A DNA stretch of 64,000 nucleotides from Candidatus Doudnabacteria bacterium (lineage in GTDB: Bacteria > Patescibacteriota > Doudnabacteria > UBA920 > O2-02-FULL-48-8): assembly GCA_037200925.1 (NCBI GenBank), contig JBBCGO010000001.1, positions 696,235 to 760,234 on the forward strand, written 5' to 3'. Numbering within the stretch: the first letter of the stretch is position 1; each line of letters starts with the position of its first letter. A program made the translations under genes and the position numbers. A model generated the notes under the pieces. That model ran no database searches. It saw only the letters and a list, made by a program, of their open reading frames with translations, and was not told where the DNA came from. This document shows positions 58,911 to 64,000 of this stretch, in pieces.

Positions 58911-60410
58911 ATGGAAACTATTTCACGCAAACAGGAGTGGCTGATCTTATTTGCGGCCATTATTGCCAGCGGCATGGCTTTCTTGGACAGCAGTGTTGTG
59001 AACATCGCTATCCCGGCCATTCAAAACCAATTTCACGCCAGTTTTGACAATATGCTTTGGGTCGTCAATGCCTTTCCGCTTCTTTTGGCATCATTGCTTT
59101 TGGTTTCAGGCTCATTGTCCGACCGGTACGGCAGAAAAAAAGTTTTTGTTCTGGGGATCATTGTTTTTACTCTTGCTTCGATTCTGTGCGCTTTGGCGCA
59201 AAGCATCATCCAGCTGGCGGTTTTCAGGGCTTTGCAGGGGATTGGGGCTGCGATGATGATCCCGGGAAGTTTGACCATCATTAATCTTAGTTTTCCTGAA
59301 AGCAGAAGAGGCCGGGCGATAGGTTTGTGGTCAGGCTTTTCCGGCGGGATAGCCGCAATCGGCCCGTTCATCGGCGGCTGGCTGGTCCAAACCCTGTCCT
59401 GGCGGGCAATTTTTTATATCAATCTTCCTTTAGGCATTCTGGCATTGGCCTTGACTGTATACGCCGTGGCTGAGACCAAAAATGCTGAATCAAGGAAATT
59501 GGATGTTTGGGGGACGCTGCTGATCCTGCTTGGCTTGTTCGGGATAGCTTACGGATTGATGACAGGGCCTGTCAAAACTTGGCAGGACCGATCTGTCCTG
59601 GCAGGTTTGCTTGGCGGATTGGCGTGTCTGATCGCGTTTGTTTTCGTGGAAAGAAAAACCGCCGAGCCGTTAGTTCCATCAGCGATATTCAGATCCAAAC
59701 TGGTTTTGGGCGCTAACTTGGCGACTTTATTTTTATACGGAGCCCTCAACTCGCTTATATTCTTCGTGGTCTTAAATATGCAGCAGGTGCAGGATTTTTC
59801 TCCGCTTAAGGCAGGCTTAGCCTTACTGCCTGCCGTACTTATCATAACTTTCCTGTCCGGTTTCGGCGGGACAGTGGCGGATAAGATCGGTCCCAGGCTG
59901 CCTATGATCGTAGGCCCTTTACTGGTTTCTGCCGGCACTGTCTGGATGATCTTCGCGGGTGTTGGGGCGGATTATTTTAAAGCGTTTTTACCGGGCTTGA
60001 TTTTGTTCGGCCTCGGCATGGCCGTGGTCATAGCTCCCTTGACCAAAAGCGCTCTGATGGTTCCGGAACATTTTTCCGGTTCAGCCTCAGGGGTCAACAA
60101 TGCAGTGGCACGCGTGGCGGCGCTTTTGGCTGTCGCGGTTTTGGGGGCAGTGGCGATTTCTTTTTTTGGGAGCAGTCTTAGGAATCGGATAGCACAAACT
60201 TCACTGGCGGTTTCGGAAAAACAGCAGATCCTTGCGCAATCCGACAGACTGGGCGGCATTGAGGTTGCGGAAAATTTTACTCCGCAAGAAAAGTTAGAGG
60301 CGAAAACCGCGATCAAACGATCTTTCGTTGACAGTTTTCGCATAGTCCTTGCTATTACTGCTGTACTGGCTTTTATCAGCAGTATTATTTCAGCGATCTT
60401 GATCTATTGA
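58911..60410 (+). CDS. MFS drug:H+ antiporter (DHA2/EmrB-QacA)
   Basis: FLDSSVVNIAIP, GSLSDRYGRKK, WRAIFYINLP. Confidence 0.93.
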   Translation: METISRKQEWLILFAAIIASGMAFLDSSVVNIAIPAIQNQFHASFDNMLWVVNAFPLLLASLLLVSGSLSDRYGRKKVFVLGIIVFTLASILCALAQSIIQLAVFRALQGIGAAMMIPGSLTIINLSFPESRRGRAIGLWSGFSGGIAAIGPFIGGWLVQTLSWRAIFYINLPLGILALALTVYAVAETKNAESRKLDVWGTLLILLGLFGIAYGLMTGPVKTWQDRSVLAGLLGGLACLIAFVFVERKTAEPLVPSAIFRSKLVLGANLATLFLYGALNSLIFFVVLNMQQVQDFSPLKAGLALLPAVLIITFLSGFGGTVADKIGPRLPMIVGPLLVSAGTVWMIFAGVGADYFKAFLPGLILFGLGMAVVIAPLTKSALMVPEHFSGSASGVNNAVARVAALLAVAVLGAVAISFFGSSLRNRIAQTSLAVSEKQQILAQSDRLGGIEVAENFTPQEKLEAKTAIKRSFVDSFRIVLAITAVLAFISSIISAILIY

Positions 60411-60507
60411 CGTTCGATCAGGGTCCTTAAATACTACTTTTTTGTTTGCCCGAACGATTGACTTGTTCGGGCTTTTTTGATAGGCTTTAGAGTCATTTAA
60501 GGAGGAC

Positions 60508-60909
60508 GTGATGCGCTTCATTCGGGAAACCCCGTGGTATATTTTCTTTCCGCTCGTGCTTGCAGCCGTCGGTTGCATCATCGCCCTCTTCAGGTTGCTG
60601 AGGATAAATTCACAGTCGAACCAGGCCATATCCAACCAAGGTCGGAATGACGCCCGCGGCCTCGCGCAAGGACGATACCATCTCAAAGAAAAGAAAGTTC
60701 TCCTATTCCGGGGGATCAGGCTGGAGCTTGCGACAACCGGCCGTAACCGGGAAAAAAAGATCATCAGGTTTCCGATGAAGCATCCGGATTATGAGGAATT
60801 CAAAAACCTCGCAAACCTGGAGATCGTCGAGTTCAATTATGTGGGGCTGGCTCTTTTTGAAACGAAGGAGTCAGAGGTCAGCCCTTACTTGAGATTGAAG
60901 CGCAGATAA
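60508..60909 (+). CDS. hypothetical protein with N-terminal TM
   Basis: AAGGAGG RBS, downstream terminator. Confidence 0.7.
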   Translation: MMRFIRETPWYIFFPLVLAAVGCIIALFRLLRINSQSNQAISNQGRNDARGLAQGRYHLKEKKVLLFRGIRLELATTGRNREKKIIRFPMKHPDYEEFKNLANLEIVEFNYVGLALFETKESEVSPYLRLKRR

Positions 60910-61018
60910 CTAAGACTCATTTTTAAATGGGTCTTTTCTTTTTGTAACAATTCAGGTTCAGTTGCGTTTTAGTTATTAAACTTCTAGACTGCTAATATTG
61001 TGCTTCAAGGAGGGATCT

Positions 61019-61225
61019 ATGACTGTCAAAACCTGGCCATGGGAATGGGTTTTTATTGCTCCTGTCCGGGTTTGGAGCCTCACTATATGGCCGGTGCGCC
61101 ATCTTTTTTACCGTAACAGGGGTAATCCGGATCCGCGTCGGATGATCATCGACTTTACGCACACCGATATTCTGGAAAAGATCAGGCGGCGCGGCGATGA
61201 TCGGCATTCTGGCCACAGCTTTTAG
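61019..61225 (+). CDS. hypothetical small protein
   Basis: AAGGAGG RBS, downstream hairpin/T-run. Confidence 0.5.
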   Translation: MTVKTWPWEWVFIAPVRVWSLTIWPVRHLFYRNRGNPDPRRMIIDFTHTDILEKIRRRGDDRHSGHSF

Positions 61226-61289
61226 CTACCCAATTGATTTTTTGAAAGGAACCCGAGCGGTTCCTTTTTTATTATGCTAAAATTAATTT

Positions 61290-61982
61290 ATGAAGTTTGA
61301 GCCAGACAGCCTTTTGAATTTATTTTATAAACTCCCGAAGAATCTTGTCCGGTGTTTTTCCGGCTATAATTTTTCCTGGCAGATATTGGCCATGGTCTTA
61401 ACGTATATTCTTGCCGTCACAGGATTCGATTGGGCTTATTTTCAGTTTTTCAGGCACACCTTCCTCTATACTTTTTCGTTTTCCGCGGCTGTCCTCGGAA
61501 GTATTCTGCCGATCCTGGTTCCGGGATTTCTGTTTATTGACGGCAGGATCAAGAAAGATCCGGAAAAACTGAATGCTGCTTTTGCATTAGGGCAGGCCGC
61601 GATTCTGGCTTCATTTGTCTCATCTTTTTATAAAGCCTTGACCGGGCGAATGTATCCGCCGCAATTTTTGGATAGCATCGACATCAGCAAAGTGTTCAGA
61701 TTCGGATTTTTGCGGGGAGGAGTTTTTTGGGGCTGGCCCTCTTCGCATTCGGCAATTGCTTTTGCAACTGCAGTGGCTTTGATCATGCTGTATCCGAAAA
61801 ATAAAACAGTTAAATATTTAGCTCTGCTTTATGCGTTTTTTATCGGTGTGGGAGTGTCTATCAGCATCCATTGGTTCTCTGATTTTGTGGCCGGGGCCAT
61901 CATCGGCACTGTGATCGGGATGGTTGTCGGCAAAAGTTTTTTGCACCGAAGTTCAACAATAGCCCGACCGGTCTCGAAATAA
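61290..61982 (+). CDS. PAP2 family phosphatase
   Basis: K..GR.P, PSSH, HWFSD motifs. Confidence 0.88.
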   Translation: MKFEPDSLLNLFYKLPKNLVRCFSGYNFSWQILAMVLTYILAVTGFDWAYFQFFRHTFLYTFSFSAAVLGSILPILVPGFLFIDGRIKKDPEKLNAAFALGQAAILASFVSSFYKALTGRMYPPQFLDSIDISKVFRFGFLRGGVFWGWPSSHSAIAFATAVALIMLYPKNKTVKYLALLYAFFIGVGVSISIHWFSDFVAGAIIGTVIGMVVGKSFLHRSSTIARPVSK

Positions 61983-62132
61983 ATAAAATATGAAAGATAA
62001 ATATAAAGTGCCGGCGGCGGGCTTGAAATCTTTATATCGATTCATGGCCGGCAGCGCCATGGCAGAATTTGATAAATTTTTCGCGATTTGGTAATATTGA
62101 ATATAAGATTATAAGTAGAAAAGAAACAAAAT

Positions 62133-62625
62133 ATGAAAAATAGAGTGATAACCTCAGGTTTTACCTTGAATAAAGTAATTCCCTTAGGTTTTACCCTGAT
62201 CGAATTGTTGGTTGTTATCGCCATCATCGGCATTTTGGCTTCCATCGTGCTGGTTTCCCTGAACTCTGGTCGGCAAAAATCCCGTGACGCCAGACGCCTT
62301 TCTGACGTGCGGCAGACCATAACGGCTTTGGAAATTTATTACAATGACCAAAACGGCTACCCTGTTGCGGCAACGGCTACGGTTATAGAAGGTATGGGAC
62401 TCGGGTCTACCAGTGGATGGAACGCGGCTCCGACCGGAACGATTTATCCTGACCAAAGAAGCTGTTGCTCCTACTCCTTTTGACGGGAGCTGTACTACGG
62501 CCCAGAATCAATACACTTATACTGCGGCTACAGCTGCAACTTACACCCTCACATTCTGTTTAGGTGCCACCACAGGCGGATATGCACCGGGTGTCCGTAC
62601 AGCCCGGCCCTCAGGCATTAATTAA
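62133..62625 (+). pseudogene. type IV pilin with +1 frameshift
   Basis: GFTLIELLVVIAIIGILAS; reading continues in another frame (LTKEAVAPTPFDGSC..FCLG) after an extra C at 62448-62449. Confidence 0.75.
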
Positions 62626-62685
62626 TATTTACAGCCGACAGCCATCCTTGAATCGGGATGGTTTTTGATTTGCTATAATGCTTTC

Positions 62686-63222
62686 ATGAAAAATCGATTG
62701 AAATATTTGCTGGTTTTAGTCCTGGTCATGCCGGTTTTGGCATCGGCACATGGCCTGGTCACGACTCAGTCCCAGACAGTAGGCAAGTATTTAATAGAAT
62801 TTGAATATAATACTCTCGGCAACATCTTAACCGGAGATTTCACGCTTTACGATGTTTATCTTCTGAACCCTGCCACCCGCGACGGCATTGATTTTGATTC
62901 AGCGTTCATTCGAATTGAAAAACAGAACGGGCCCGCGATGCTTGCGGGTAATTTGGCGCAGGCCGCGGATATCACGGGCTATGCCAGTTTGAGCGGAGTA
63001 CTGAACGATCCGGGAACTTATACCGCGGAAGTTAGTTTTTACAAGGACGGCGATACCCTGGCAGAATCGAAGTTTAATTTTACCGTGGAAAAAGATCAGA
63101 CTTATTCGGCTGACGGTTCTGCCGACCAAAAGAAAACGAATTATTTTAACATTCTGCTACTTCCCGTCGGATTGGTATTGGTCGCCGGCGGAGTCTGGTT
63201 ATTTAAAAAAACCAAGCAGTAA
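62686..63222 (+). CDS. exported protein with C-terminal TM
   Basis: Signal peptide ..ASA-H; C-terminal TM + KK. Confidence 0.75.
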   Translation: MKNRLKYLLVLVLVMPVLASAHGLVTTQSQTVGKYLIEFEYNTLGNILTGDFTLYDVYLLNPATRDGIDFDSAFIRIEKQNGPAMLAGNLAQAADITGYASLSGVLNDPGTYTAEVSFYKDGDTLAESKFNFTVEKDQTYSADGSADQKKTNYFNILLLPVGLVLVAGGVWLFKKTKQ

Positions 63223-63305
63223 AAGACGCTCTCCAAGAAGGTTTACAAAGTGCTCGGAATTTGGTAAATTATGTAGGCAAATTTGATTTTAGGGCTTGAT
63301 AATGA

Positions 63306-63380
63306 GGGTGTGTAGCTCAGTGGTAGAGCACGTCACTGATAATGACGGGGTCGGAAGTTCGATCCTTCCCACACCCACCA
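63306..63380 (+). tRNA. tRNA-Ile(GAT)
   Basis: GGGTGTG/CACACCC acceptor, CGTCA-CTGATAA-TGACG, CCA. Confidence 0.97.
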
Positions 63381-63389
63381 GAAAAATTT

Positions 63390-63641
63390 ATGCATTTTAT
63401 TTCAGGAACGATCGGAGTGATAGCAGGGATTTTGCTCATTCGATACTCCGTCGCGCTCACCGATATCTTTGGCCGGGTTCAATGGGCCGAGAATCACCTT
63501 CGCGGAGGACTGGCCGGCACGTATTCTTTGTACCGGATCGTTGGCGTGGTTTTCGTAATCCTTTCGCTGTTTTACATATTTAATGTTTTAGGTTTTATAC
63601 TCAGCCCTTTAAGTTCGATATTTGGCGGCCTTAAGCAATAG
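63390..63641 (+). CDS. small membrane protein
   Basis: 83 aa, two hydrophobic segments, WAENHL. Confidence 0.7.
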   Translation: MHFISGTIGVIAGILLIRYSVALTDIFGRVQWAENHLRGGLAGTYSLYRIVGVVFVILSLFYIFNVLGFILSPLSSIFGGLKQ

Positions 63642-63695
63642 ATTTCATAAAATTAGGGAAATTCCGAGCAATCCGGGGAGTTGCGAATGACTAAG

Positions 63696-63769
63696 GGGCC
63701 TGTAGCATAGTGGTAGTGCACCCGGTTTGCATCCGGGGGGTGGGAGTCCGATTCTCCCCAGGTCCACCA
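63696..63769 (+). tRNA. tRNA-Ala(TGC)
   Basis: G3:U70 acceptor GGGCCTG/CAGGTCC, CCCGG-TTTGCAT-CCGGG, CCA; T-loop TCCGATT. Confidence 0.93.
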
Positions 63770-63875
63770 AAGAAGACTTTTTCACCCCTTTTTTAGGATT
63801 GGAAAGGTCTTTTTTGTTTAAATGGACCTTTTGTTTCCGCGGATTTCATCAAAATTATTGATTATCGTGTCCAAT

Positions 63876-63904
63876 TTGACGGAAAAAGTAATATTTATTA
63901 TAAT
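63876..63904 (+). promoter_or_regulatory. sigma70 promoter for a transcript leaving the window
   Basis: TTGACG-17-TATAAT. Confidence 0.6.
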
Positions 63905-64000
63905 TCAGAAGCAATTGAGGATATCCTCAGGTTAAAACCCTCACACCCCCGGCCCCTCAACCCGAGGTGGGATAGGGGAATTATAAACTGAAGAGAAACA

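Overview
Chromosomal segment of a Patescibacteria/CPR bacterium. The 16S has Parcubacteria-type primer-site variants and Doudnabacteria is my best guess; TGA is used as stop (code 11). Layout: (1) 1-6.9 kb, a GC-richer minus-strand signalling locus: Zn-ribbon PP2C, vWA, Zn-ribbon FHA-like, Zn-ribbon membrane Ser/Thr kinase, cold-shock-domain fusion. (2) 7-23 kb, housekeeping genes: tRNA-Leu, ftsH, tRNA-Val, rnc, short hinge-less smc, dedA, rpsP-khpA-trmD-rluD-rplS, sod, a probable 6S RNA before rny-ymdB, yraN, nusA, clpP. (3) 23-45 kb, a cell-surface locus: an unannotated small HTH gene, a 4477-aa tail-fibre-like protein with kb-scale internal repeats, an LPxTG repeat protein, an FN3-dockerin protein and three membrane-anchored cohesin proteins. 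(4) 45-61 kb, short accessory cassettes around a stand-alone 16S rRNA gene. (5) A frameshifted type IV pilin, tRNA-Ile and tRNA-Ala. The strongest unexplained patterns are: accessory genes nearly all carry strong Shine-Dalgarno sites while core genes are SD-less or leaderless; these accessory genes share terminator/promoter modules and boxA-like leaders and include beta-barrel-like and foreign-looking DNA-binding proteins; and a two-copy covarying structured RNA element sits before tRNA-Val and nusA. All family assignments come from motif recognition by eye; no database searches were run.
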